Source: an uncultured Clostridia bacterium
Lineage (GTDB): Bacteria > Aerophobota > Aerophobia > Aerophobales > B3-G15
NCBI GenBank assembly: GCA_964482715.1
Contig: CAYZYX010000011.1
Location: 1 to 46,723, forward strand
DNA: 46,723 nt
Reading direction: 5' to 3'
How positions within the stretch are numbered: position 1 is the stretch's first letter; each line of letters begins with the position of its first letter. This document shows positions 21,358 through 30,255 of the stretch, piece after piece. The notes under the pieces are model-generated. The model was not told where the DNA came from and did not search any database. It was given only the letters and a program-made list of their open reading frames with translations. Position numbers and translations under genes: made by a program.

Positions 21358-23478
21358 CTATTCCTCCTTGGCAATTCTTATGCGGGCGTCAATTACCGCG
21401 CCTCCCTTTGTATAAACTAAAAGGGGATTGGCCTCTATTTCTTCTATCCAGGGAATATCCTCTACCAGTTGAGAGAGTTTAAGTAAAGACTCTTTTACCA
21501 GTTCAACATCATAGGCAGGTTCATCTCTAAAGCCCTGGAGTAATTTTGAGGCTATTTTTGTTTCTTCAATCATCTCCAGGACCCTGGAGGAAGTAAGAGG
21601 CACAAGTCGAGTGGAAAAATCACGAAAAAGTTCCACATATTTTCCACCCAGCCCAAATCTGATAAGATGACCAAAATTTACATCCTTTATCGCTCCAATA
21701 AGGATTTCTCTTCCTTCTTTTAAAAAGGGCTGAATTGAGACACCTTTTATCTCATCTGATCGGCCTTTTAAAAATTTTTTAGCATTTTCCATTATTTCGT
21801 TAAAAGCCTGCTCCACTTTGTCCGGTTTAATTCCAACTTTAACCCCTCCAATATCTGATTTATGAACAATAGCTGGAGACTCTATTTTCATCACCAGGGG
21901 CTTTCCAATTTTCTCAGCTATCTGCCGAGCTTCCTCAGGACTGCGGGTCAGATAATTTTCCACCACCGGGATCCTGTATCCTTTCATTATTTCCAGTGCT
22001 TTGGCTCCCCCTATCTGTAAATACCCTTTCTCTTTTTCCTCTTTTAGTATAACTTCAATTTTCGATTTTTCAACCTTGAAGACCTTCCCTTCTTCTTCTT
22101 TTCTCCCTACTCTAATCTTTGAATAGTCAATCATACTTCTTAGCACCTTTACCGCTGTATCCGGATCGTTGTAATTGGGAATTTTCGCTTTCTGAAGCAC
22201 TGTAGTAGCAGACTGCATTATTTCTCCACCCATGAAGCAGGTTAAAACGGTTTTTTCCCTCTGTTTGAAGAGTTCATACACCTCACACACTACGTGGGCT
22301 GTCTCTTTTGGTTTTGTAGTTGCCTGGGGAGTTACAAGTAATAAAATGGCGTCAATAGCAGGATCTGGTAAAACTTCTTTCAGGGTAATTTTAAAACGCT
22401 CAGGATCAGCATCACCGAGTATATCAAGAGGATTGGAAATAGAGCTTGCCGCTGGTAAGTTTTTCTTTAGATTCTGGACTGTCTCCTCACTCAAGGTGGC
22501 CAGTTTTACCGAGTAATCCTCACAGGCATCAGTGGCCATGATTCCAGCTCCTCCCGCATTGGTTACCAGAAGAACCCTTTCTCCCCGGGGAGGAGGCTGA
22601 AAGGCAAATCCTCTGGCTACGGAGAAAGCTTCTGCTACGGTTTTTACCCGTATTACCCCTGTTTCCTTAAAGGCAACTTCATAGGCTTCATCAGCACCGG
22701 AGAGTGCACCTGTATGGGATGAAGCTGCTTTTCTTCCGGCCTGTGACCTGCCTGATTTTATAACCACTACAGGTTTTTCTTTCACCACCTCCTTAGCTGC
22801 CTTCATAAACTCCTTTCCTCTTTCTATACTTTCAAGATAACACATTATAACCCGCGTTTGAGGATCGTCTTTCAGGAAGAGAATAAAATCAACCTCATCA
22901 AGGTCAGCTTTGTTACCTATGCTGATAAACTTGGAAAGACCAACACCTTCCAGGGGAAACTGGTCAAGTGCCGTGCAACCCAGCGCCCCGGATTGGGATA
23001 TAAAGGCTATGTTTCCAGCAGGAGGGTAGGTGGGTGCAAAGGAGGCGTTAAGGTGATGATGGGTGTCTATTATTCCCAGCACATTGGGGCCGAGTATACG
23101 AATGCCTTTCTCTCTTGCCCTCTTAACCAGTTCCTTTTCCAGTCTGGCTCCTTCTGGGCCTGTTTCTTTAAATCCAGCAGTAATAACCACTACCGAGTTT
23201 ATCTTTTTATCTGCACAATCATCTATTACACTGAGCACAGCACCGGGAGGCACAACAACAAGGCAGAGGTCAACTTTTTCCGGGATTTCTTTCAAATTAG
23301 GATAGACTTTTAGACTTCTTACTTTACTTGCAGGAGTGGCTTTATTGTTTACCGGAAATACTTTTCCTCTGTAGCCCGCCTCCAGAATATTTTTTAGAAT
23401 CTGATTGGCCAGTTTTTCCTTCTCCAGGCTTACCCCCACTATGGCTATAGAATCCGGATTAAAAAATTTATTAAGCAT
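21358..23478 (-). CDS. ADP-forming acetate/acyl-CoA ligase, fused alpha-beta
   Basis: CoA-binding domain, ISQSGA, SSHTGAL (phospho-His present), NPLDILGDA and an ATP-grasp domain with HKSDIGGV. There is no GNAT domain. Confidence 0.9.
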   Translation of the reverse strand: MLNKFFNPDSIAIVGVSLEKEKLANQILKNILEAGYRGKVFPVNNKATPASKVRSLKVYPNLKEIPEKVDLCLVVVPPGAVLSVIDDCADKKINSVVVITAGFKETGPEGARLEKELVKRAREKGIRILGPNVLGIIDTHHHLNASFAPTYPPAGNIAFISQSGALGCTALDQFPLEGVGLSKFISIGNKADLDEVDFILFLKDDPQTRVIMCYLESIERGKEFMKAAKEVVKEKPVVVIKSGRSQAGRKAASSHTGALSGADEAYEVAFKETGVIRVKTVAEAFSVARGFAFQPPPRGERVLLVTNAGGAGIMATDACEDYSVKLATLSEETVQNLKKNLPAASSISNPLDILGDADPERFKITLKEVLPDPAIDAILLLVTPQATTKPKETAHVVCEVYELFKQREKTVLTCFMGGEIMQSATTVLQKAKIPNYNDPDTAVKVLRSMIDYSKIRVGRKEEEGKVFKVEKSKIEVILKEEKEKGYLQIGGAKALEIMKGYRIPVVENYLTRSPEEARQIAEKIGKPLVMKIESPAIVHKSDIGGVKVGIKPDKVEQAFNEIMENAKKFLKGRSDEIKGVSIQPFLKEGREILIGAIKDVNFGHLIRFGLGGKYVELFRDFSTRLVPLTSSRVLEMIEETKIASKLLQGFRDEPAYDVELVKESLLKLSQLVEDIPWIEEIEANPLLVYTKGGAVIDARIRIAKEE

Positions 23479-23523
23479 TCTCCCTCTCCATTTTTGTTTG
23501 TTAAGCTTGGAACAAAACGGTAT

Positions 23524-23556
23524 AAAAAAACTCCGTGCTTTTTACAGGGCACGGAG
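23524..23556 (-). terminator. Intrinsic terminator
   Basis: Minus strand CTCCGTGC-cctgtaaaaa-GCACGGAG followed by T7. Confidence 0.8.
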
Positions 23557-23581
23557 GGTAACTTTAAACATTTGGGAAATT

Positions 23582-23609
23582 ATTATAGTTACTTTTGACC
23601 TGCTGTCAA
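23582..23609 (-). promoter_or_regulatory. Consensus sigma70 promoter
   Basis: Minus strand TTGACA (23609-23604), 16-nt spacer, TATAAT (23587-23582). Confidence 0.8.
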
Positions 23610-23619
23610 ATAGAAAAAC

Positions 23620-24102
23620 TCAATAGCCGAATTTTTCCAGTAACTTTTTCTCCACCACCGGAGGGACAAAGTCCTGGGTATTTCCTCCCAGTCTGGCAAT
23701 TTCCTTTATTATTGAAGAGGACAGGTGAGAGTATTCTTGATTGGTCATAAAGTAAACCATCTCCAGTTCAGGGTTTAATTTTTTATTCATCAAATACATC
23801 TGAAACTCATATTCAAAATCAGAGAGAGCCCTGAGCCCCCTTATTATAAACTTTGCCCCCTTTTTTTTGGCATAATTTACCAGAAGTCCTGTGAAGCTTT
23901 CCACTTCAATTTTTGGGAAAGAGGGCAAAACCTGCTTTATCATACTCACTCTCTCTTCAGCAGTAAAAAGGAAAGGTTTTAGAGGGTTATCATTTACAGC
24001 AATTATTAGCCTGTCAAAAATAGTAAGACTTCGCTGGATTATGTCTATATGTCCGTTGGTGATTGGATCAAAACTTCCAGGATAAACAGCAATTTTACTC
24101 AA
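23620..24102 (-). CDS. coaD: Phosphopantetheine adenylyltransferase
   Basis: [24 protein letters not shown] and LSSSIIKE. Confidence 0.97.
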   Translation of the reverse strand: MSKIAVYPGSFDPITNGHIDIIQRSLTIFDRLIIAVNDNPLKPFLFTAEERVSMIKQVLPSFPKIEVESFTGLLVNYAKKKGAKFIIRGLRALSDFEYEFQMYLMNKKLNPELEMVYFMTNQEYSHLSSSIIKEIARLGGNTQDFVPPVVEKKLLEKFGY

Positions 24103-24593
24103 AGGTTTCTCCTTTTCTTCTCCCGAAAATAGTCCTTTAAAATTTCTCCATGATCAAAAGCCATATCCTGAGGGAGGTTTTCTTCAAAAAAGACCCTCAC
24201 TTCCTTAGCATCATCTCCCGCCTTAGGACTACCTTTTCCTCTGGCAATAAAAACAGTTGAGATAGTGTGACATCGAGGATCTCGATCGGGGGCCGAATAA
24301 GTGTGGAACTGCCTCAAATCTTCTATTTCTAAATTACTCTCCTCCCGGACCTCTCTTTTTATTGCTTCCTCCAGAGTTTCCCCATAATCTACAAATCCTC
24401 CGGGCAGAGCCCACCCGTAAGGTGGATTTTTTCTTTTTATCAGTAAGACTCCCTCTTCCATCTCAACTATGGCATCAACAGTTGGAACAGGGTTTTTATA
24501 ATGAATTTTTCCACAACTTTCACATACCAAACGAGATTTCCCCTCTAACTTCTTTTGAGACAGTTTCCCCCCACAAAAACTACAGAACTTCAT
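24099..24593 (-). CDS. Nudix hydrolase with N-terminal zinc ribbon (ADP-ribose pyrophosphatase-like)
   Basis: CSFCG...CESCG and the Nudix box [22 protein letters not shown], plus RDPR and AGDDA. The start is probably ATG 24593 or TTG 24602. Confidence 0.88.
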   Translation of the reverse strand: MKFCSFCGGKLSQKKLEGKSRLVCESCGKIHYKNPVPTVDAIVEMEEGVLLIKRKNPPYGWALPGGFVDYGETLEEAIKREVREESNLEIEDLRQFHTYSAPDRDPRCHTISTVFIARGKGSPKAGDDAKEVRVFFEENLPQDMAFDHGEILKDYFREKKRRNL

Positions 24594-24700
24594 CTCAAGC
24601 AATTTGGCTTTCCCCCTCCTACAGGTAACAGAGTTTTTCGCTTTAAGATAATACATAGCTGCTTTGATAGCTTTTCTGACAAAGAAAAAGTTCTTTCTCT

Positions 24701-26131
24701 TTATACCTGTCCTGTAACCGGTTTTGGTTTTCTTTCCCCCTTTTTAAGCCACAAGAAAGCCTCTTTATTATTTATGCATCCAGGATCCGGGGCCTTGTAG
24801 TTACCAAAGTAAGCATAGGCACGAGCCCGACATCCTCCGCAGACTGCCCGATATTCACATATCCCGCAATTTTCCTCCAGATCTTCTCTGTGCCTTAATT
24901 CTTTTAAAATCGGCGAATTGTTCCAGATTTCACCAAAACTCTGGTGTTTCAGATCCCCAACCGGGATGGGCATAAAGACACAAGGAGTCACGATTCCATC
25001 AGGCTGGATTGAACAGTAGGCTCTTCCTACACCGCATCCTCCGATAAATTCAGCAAGAACCCGGGCTTGCCTTCCTCTGGCAGTTGTATAATGAGAACTT
25101 GGAGCAAAACTGAGGTTACTTTTCATCATACAAACTCTGGCATACTGGGGGGAAGTGGTCATACACACTATGTCTCCTTTCTGATAGTGGTCATAAAGAA
25201 TATTGAGCATTTCCTCTCTTTGCTCGGGAGTTAAGTCAACATTCACTATGTCTTTACCTCTTCCCGTGGGAATGAAATTAAAGGCATAGAACTTGTCAGC
25301 TCCTATGTTTTTGGCGAATTGAATTAAGTCTTCCAGCTCTTCAAAGTTTAATCTGGTTATAGTAGAGGCAATTCCCACCTGAATTCCTTCCTGAGCTACC
25401 GCATTTTCTATCCCTTTCACAGCTTTTTCCCAGAATCCGGGGATACCTCTGAATTCATCATGAACCTTAGCTTTTGTAGAATCTAAACTTATCTCTACGT
25501 AATTTACCCCCATTTCTACCATTTTCCTGGCCACATCGGGTGTAATCAGAGTTCCATTGGTGGCTATGGATTGATAGAATTTATATTTATTGGCTCTTTT
25601 TATAACCTCCCACAGGTCTTTATCCATTAAAGGTTCACCACCGGAGTAAGCTATAGAAAAGACATCTTCTTCGGCCAGTTGATCAATCACTTTAAGACGC
25701 GATTTAAGGTCAAGTTCCTGCTTTAACCTCTTACCCGCATCCTGATAGCAGTGCTTGCACTTTAAATTACAGATATTGGTAAAATTCCAGACCACCACAG
25801 GAGGTGCCGTAAAGATTTGAGGTCTTCTCATTCCGTATTTACCCACAGACCTCATGGTGAGAGAAATTCCTCGTTGAAATATAGGGTCTGAGAGTTTCTC
25901 TTTAACTTCGCTTTTTTTCTGATTGAAGATCATTCTTCCTATTTCAAAAAAAATGAAAAAAGGTAAAAGTCTCAACCTGGTAGTAAGTTTAAGTTTATCT
26001 CCATTGGTGTAAAACTGGAAAAGTTCCTGTAGAATGCTCCTGCCATTTTTATTTTTCCTGGAAAGAAGGGAAAAAACTTTTCTGTTGATCCTGCTTTTAA
26101 GAAAAAAGCTTATAAGGTAGCTGAGGTCCAT
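24701..26131 (-). CDS. Radical SAM/SPASM protein with ~110-aa N-terminal extension
   Basis: [13 protein letters not shown] and SPASM cysteines (GCGVG...TPC...CGIC...CGGC...DPGC). Confidence 0.92.
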   Translation of the reverse strand: MDLSYLISFFLKSRINRKVFSLLSRKNKNGRSILQELFQFYTNGDKLKLTTRLRLLPFFIFFEIGRMIFNQKKSEVKEKLSDPIFQRGISLTMRSVGKYGMRRPQIFTAPPVVVWNFTNICNLKCKHCYQDAGKRLKQELDLKSRLKVIDQLAEEDVFSIAYSGGEPLMDKDLWEVIKRANKYKFYQSIATNGTLITPDVARKMVEMGVNYVEISLDSTKAKVHDEFRGIPGFWEKAVKGIENAVAQEGIQVGIASTITRLNFEELEDLIQFAKNIGADKFYAFNFIPTGRGKDIVNVDLTPEQREEMLNILYDHYQKGDIVCMTTSPQYARVCMMKSNLSFAPSSHYTTARGRQARVLAEFIGGCGVGRAYCSIQPDGIVTPCVFMPIPVGDLKHQSFGEIWNNSPILKELRHREDLEENCGICEYRAVCGGCRARAYAYFGNYKAPDPGCINNKEAFLWLKKGERKPKPVTGQV

Positions 26132-26146
26132 CTCCTGCCTCCATTT

Positions 26147-27772
26147 TTAGGCAAGAGGAGAATGTACCTTCTCTTCACAGCTTACCCTTTTTCTGTTTCT
26201 CCTCTCGTAATTTTCAATAACCTGACTTAATCTTACATTTTCCGTATCCAGTTTGCCTCTTTTCAACTCCTCCCAGAATTTCTGAGTTATTTTTTTCATC
26301 TCTTCGGAGTAACGGTCGAGAAACTTTGCTGTTTCTCCTCTGACAATTTCCTCTTCTCCCGGTAGCGCTGGCTCCAGATTGAACTTTTCTACCACTTCTC
26401 TTAAAATGGTGGGATTATCTATTATACAGCATGGTGTGCACTTGTTTTCAATTTCCAGTTGTTTTTTTCTTATGTAACGAAATGCAGGATGCTGAACAAC
26501 ATCTTTAAGTGTCTTTCCCTGTTTATAAAAATCTTTTTCAATATGACCTATACTGAAATCAGCAAAAACACAGGGGGTAACTTTCCCGTCAGCTCTTATA
26601 TGGAAGTATTTTCTCCCTCCAGCAATACATCCTCCTACCCAGGGTCCGTCATTCCAGAAATCACCTATGAATATGGGTTTTTTGTTTCTCATCTCCCAAA
26701 CAAAATCTCTTAATCGCACCCTCTGCTCCGGAGTAGGCATAAGTCCCACATCGGGATCTCTCCCCTTGGGGATATAGATAAAATACCATCCAAAAGAAAC
26801 GTCCTGCTGAATGAGGTGATCTATGAACCTTTCACTGGTTAAAACATCGGCATTTTCACGGATGTAAGTTATACTGAAACCGTGTAATATGCCATGAGAG
26901 GTAAGATTTTTCCTGGCATTTTTAATTAGAAGGTACATCCCCTCTCCTCTTCTTTTATCTGTTTCCTCCTCAAATCCTTCCTGGCTTATAGCCGGAGCCA
27001 CATTTCCCAGTCTGGCCAGAAGTGGAGCTATGTTTTCTGTTCCATACAGACGTTTATTTCTCCGGGCGGCTCTTCTTATTCTTTCCAGTGCCGCTTTTGC
27101 CTTTTCATCTCCTTTTTTTGCTTTCTCCCCGAGCTCACGTTCTGCCCATTCTCGGTCAGCAAGAGATGTTCCATTGGTGTAAACCTGAAAGTAAACATCC
27201 GGGTTAGCCTGGAAGAAATCCAGAATGTTTTTTTCCTCTTTTTTATCCCAGTAAATGAAAGGTTCTCCTCCAGAGATGGTGAGAAATCTTATTCCCAGTC
27301 TTTTTGCATCACTGGCGATTTTGTTTAAGGTTTTAAAGCTTAGGTATGTTTCTCCTCTGTCAGCATTAGCATAGCAACCAGGGCAGGAAAGATCACAGTA
27401 TTTTAAAGGAGAGATGACCACAAACCAGGGAGCCTCAAATCCCTCTCTTTCCAGCATCTGTTGAACTTTTATCTTGTCAGTTAAAATCCAGGGAACAAAA
27501 AAGGTATCCACAAGTCTCTTCCGGGGGATTTCTGACAATCTTCTTTGAACAAGGAGTCTGGCAAGTTCAACATAGGGATGACCGTTCTTTCCAGCTTTTC
27601 TCACCACCTGAACAGCGTTCCTGTTCTGATCATTGGCATGTTCCTCCAGATTTACCAGAATGTTATCAAAGGTTGAGTAAAAATCCTCTTTACTGTTGGT
27701 TCGAGCAAGTTTTCCCACATATTTTTGAATTAAAGATGTAACTACCTTTTTCTTTAAAATACCGGTTAACAT
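26147..27772 (-). CDS. Radical SAM protein with SPASM/twitch-type C-terminus
   Basis: CDLSCPGC, SGGEP, DFWNDGPWVGGCIAGGRKYFHI and TPCVF. Confidence 0.9.
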   Translation of the reverse strand: MLTGILKKKVVTSLIQKYVGKLARTNSKEDFYSTFDNILVNLEEHANDQNRNAVQVVRKAGKNGHPYVELARLLVQRRLSEIPRKRLVDTFFVPWILTDKIKVQQMLEREGFEAPWFVVISPLKYCDLSCPGCYANADRGETYLSFKTLNKIASDAKRLGIRFLTISGGEPFIYWDKKEEKNILDFFQANPDVYFQVYTNGTSLADREWAERELGEKAKKGDEKAKAALERIRRAARRNKRLYGTENIAPLLARLGNVAPAISQEGFEEETDKRRGEGMYLLIKNARKNLTSHGILHGFSITYIRENADVLTSERFIDHLIQQDVSFGWYFIYIPKGRDPDVGLMPTPEQRVRLRDFVWEMRNKKPIFIGDFWNDGPWVGGCIAGGRKYFHIRADGKVTPCVFADFSIGHIEKDFYKQGKTLKDVVQHPAFRYIRKKQLEIENKCTPCCIIDNPTILREVVEKFNLEPALPGEEEIVRGETAKFLDRYSEEMKKITQKFWEELKRGKLDTENVRLSQVIENYERRNRKRVSCEEKVHSPLA

Positions 27773-27799
27773 ATCCCTCCCCCCTTGAAAGATTTTAAT

Positions 27800-28435
27800 T
27801 TAAATTTCGGAGGATTTTGCTCCCTTCCAGAAAATCTCCCAGGCAAGAGAGTGATCTTCTACCAGAGACTCTTTTTCTTTTTGAGCTATCCAGTTCAGGG
27901 TTAGACCGTGAACTATTCCCACCAGAATTACCGCCAGTTTGCGTGAGTCAAGAGGCTTTATTTCCCCCTTGGCTATACCTCTTCGGATTAAATACTGAAT
28001 GATCCTCAGGTATTTTGCATTTTTTTTGAGTATTCTCTGAGTCAGTTCTTTTTCCATTTCCTTCCGGGATTCTCCAGAAAGGCCCTGGAGTATCTGGAAA
28101 AAATTACGATTTTTCTCAAGAAAACCCATATGAACCTGGATGGCCCTTTTTATTTTTTCAGCTGGAGAATCTCCCTCTCTAACCGCCTTTTTTATTTTAT
28201 TTAATAAAATGTCCAGCTTCCTCTCGATCACCAAAATGAAAAGTTCCCTTTTGTTTCTGAAATGAAGGTATATGGTTCCTTTGGCCAGATCCGCATTTCT
28301 GGCGATTTCATCAAGTGTGGCAAGATAAAAACCCTTCTCGGCAAAAAGCCTTTCTGCTGCCTGTAAAATTCGATCTTTGTGGTTGCTCTGTTTTTTCTTG
28401 CGAGTATTATTTACTTTGCTCTTTACCGTTGGCAA
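27800..28435 (-). CDS. TetR/AcrR family regulator (FadR/YsiA-like)
   Basis: HTH ILQAAERLFAEKGF...IARNADLAKGTIYLHF. Confidence 0.92.
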   Translation of the reverse strand: MPTVKSKVNNTRKKKQSNHKDRILQAAERLFAEKGFYLATLDEIARNADLAKGTIYLHFRNKRELFILVIERKLDILLNKIKKAVREGDSPAEKIKRAIQVHMGFLEKNRNFFQILQGLSGESRKEMEKELTQRILKKNAKYLRIIQYLIRRGIAKGEIKPLDSRKLAVILVGIVHGLTLNWIAQKEKESLVEDHSLAWEIFWKGAKSSEI

Positions 28436-28451
28436 CTGAGACCCCCCTTTT

Positions 28452-28469
28452 TGACTGACTGTTCAGTCA
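28452..28469. promoter_or_regulatory. TetR operator, 7-4-7 palindrome
   Basis: TGACTGA-ctgt-TCAGTCA lies between the -10 element and the ribosome-binding site of the TetR gene. Confidence 0.8.
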
Positions 28470-28471
28470 TT

Positions 28472-28499
28472 ATTTTAATATTTCCTTTTTTTTTGTCAA
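28472..28499 (-). promoter_or_regulatory. Promoter of the TetR-radical SAM operon
   Basis: Minus strand TTGACA (28499-28494), 16-nt spacer, TAAAAT (28477-28472). Confidence 0.75.
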
Positions 28500-28511
28500 G
28501 ATAAAACTTTC

Positions 28512-28612
28512 CTGAAATTGAGATGCTTTTTGCCTGTATCTTTCTCCTTGGGTTCCCGGAGATACCTTGCAAGGAAGCCTCTTACCCTGTAAGAAAAAAG
28601 TCCCAATTTCAG
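28512..28612. repeat. Inverted-repeat-bounded intergenic element
   Basis: The ends ctgaaattgagatgcttttt and aaaaaagtcccaatttcag are imperfect inverted repeats. The interior shares cccgg..ataccttgc..ggaag with the 1438/34478 repeat. Confidence 0.55.
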
Positions 28613-28622
28613 ATTAATACTC

Positions 28623-28650
28623 TTGACAGAGATAGAGGTTGGTATAGGTT
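28623..28650 (+). promoter_or_regulatory. Probable promoter of tmk-holB
   Basis: TTGACA (28623-28628), 16-nt spacer, TAGGTT. Confidence 0.55.
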
Positions 28651-28676
28651 TAAAAAGACGGAGGTGAGAGAAAAAC

Positions 28677-29285
28677 GTGTTCATAAGTTTTGAAGGAATT
28701 GATAAAAGTGGAAAGTCAACTCAGGTTTCTTTGCTGGCGGATTTTTTGTTGAAAAAAAATTATCCGATAGCAGTAACAAAGGAACCAGGTGGGACTGATC
28801 TGGGTAAACTGATAAAGAACCTTCTTCTCATGGAGGATAAGAAAATAAATCCCTTCGCCGAACTTTTTCTTTACCTTGCCGACAGGGCACAGCATGTTCA
28901 GGAAGTTATAGTTCCTCTTTTAAAAGAGGAAAAACTCATTATCTCTGATCGCTATGCCGACGCCACTTTGGCTTATCAAGGATTCGGAAGAGGCCTTTCA
29001 TTTGAAATGATTCAGAAGCTAAACGATAAGGTAACTCAGGGTATATGGCCGAATTTAACCTTTCTTCTGGATATTGAGCCAGAATTAGCCATGAGAAGAA
29101 AAAGGGCCAATGATCGTATAGAAAAGGAGGATCTTACTTTTCATCGAAAGGTAAGGGAGGGTTATTTAAAAATAGCAAAACTCTGTCCTGAGAGAATAAA
29201 AGTAATAAAAGCAGATGAGTCTCCTCTTTTTATTCATGAGAAAATAAAAAAAATAACTCTGGAAAAACTAAGTCATGGCGTTTAG
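28677..29285 (+). CDS. tmk: Thymidylate kinase
   Basis: FEGIDKSGKSTQ, EPGG, ADRAQH and DRY..AYQG. Confidence 0.96.
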   Translation: MFISFEGIDKSGKSTQVSLLADFLLKKNYPIAVTKEPGGTDLGKLIKNLLLMEDKKINPFAELFLYLADRAQHVQEVIVPLLKEEKLIISDRYADATLAYQGFGRGLSFEMIQKLNDKVTQGIWPNLTFLLDIEPELAMRRKRANDRIEKEDLTFHRKVREGYLKIAKLCPERIKVIKADESPLFIHEKIKKITLEKLSHGV

Positions 29286-30255
29286 CGACGTTCTTGGTCA
29301 AAAGAGGGCAATTGACATTTTGCGTAAAGATCTTGATTCTGGTAATTTATACGGAGGGTATCTTTTCACCGGACCTGCTGGAGTGGGAAAAAAACTCGTA
29401 GCCTTAAATTTCGCTAAGGCGATTAATTGCCAGAGAAAAAAAGTTGACTGCTGCGATGACTGCTCTTCCTGCAGGAGAATGAATAAGATGAATCACCCCA
29501 ACCTCAGATTGATATCTCCTGAAAGGGGGTCTCTCAGAATCGAACAGATCCGTGATTTAAAAACGGAGGTAGGATGTAAAATATACGAGGGTAAGAAGAA
29601 AATATGGATCCTGGATGAATCTGATAAATTAACCCCGGAAGCCTCTAATTCTCTTCTTAAGATTCTCGAAGAACCTCCTCACAACCTGGTTATAATTTTG
29701 ATTACACACCTGCCAGCGCTTCTGCCTGCGACTGTTGTATCCAGGTGTAAGATTATCGAATTTTCACCTTTGAAAAAAACCGATCTGCACAACCTTCTTC
29801 TAAAAAATAATACACCTTCTGAACTTATTCCTCTGGTGAGTGAATTAGCTCAGGGAAGTATAGGTGAGGCTTTAAAGCTGGTAAAGGAGGAGGAAATTTT
29901 TCAGGAAAGGGAAAAAATCTTTAATATTCTTACAGGTAAAGCCTCTTCACTTGAGGAGGTTTTTGACCTTTGCGAGAACTGGAGCAATAAAGAAAATTCT
30001 TATTTTCAGACTTTTCTAAACATTATTCTTTATTTTCTAAGAGATATTTTACTTTTAAAACTTGACCCGGCCTGTTCTCTCATTAATGTAGATAAAAAAC
30101 AAGAAATGCTCAATTTAAAAGATAATTATTCTTTTAGATGTCTCTGCGAGGGTATTGAGGTTTTGAAAAAGGTGAGGCATTTACTCATTTCCAATGTCTC
30201 GCCCAGGCTAACTTTTGAGTGGATGTGGATGAGGCTCCTTTTTAAAAATCCGTAG
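29275..30255 (+). CDS. holB: DNA polymerase III delta' subunit
   Basis: GPAGVGK, zinc cysteines, NSLLKILEEPP and SRC, located downstream of tmk. Confidence 0.93.
   Translation: MAFSDVLGQKRAIDILRKDLDSGNLYGGYLFTGPAGVGKKLVALNFAKAINCQRKKVDCCDDCSSCRRMNKMNHPNLRLISPERGSLRIEQIRDLKTEVGCKIYEGKKKIWILDESDKLTPEASNSLLKILEEPPHNLVIILITHLPALLPATVVSRCKIIEFSPLKKTDLHNLLLKNNTPSELIPLVSELAQGSIGEALKLVKEEEIFQEREKIFNILTGKASSLEEVFDLCENWSNKENSYFQTFLNIILYFLRDILLLKLDPACSLINVDKKQEMLNLKDNYSFRCLCEGIEVLKKVRHLLISNVSPRLTFEWMWMRLLFKNP

Noticed and set aside
21358-23478. Protein lysine acetyltransferase Pat
   Set aside because: There is no GNAT domain and the catalytic His is retained.
24701-27772. AhbC/AhbD heme biosynthesis pair
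   Set aside because: No ahbAB or hem genes are nearby, both proteins are longer than expected with N-terminal extensions, and the 541-aa protein has different motifs. This is not fully excluded without a search.
24600-28450. RiPP cluster built on the SPASM enzymes
   Set aside because: There is no small precursor ORF with a ribosome-binding site in the short gaps, and no RRE/PqqD protein, protease or transporter is adjacent.
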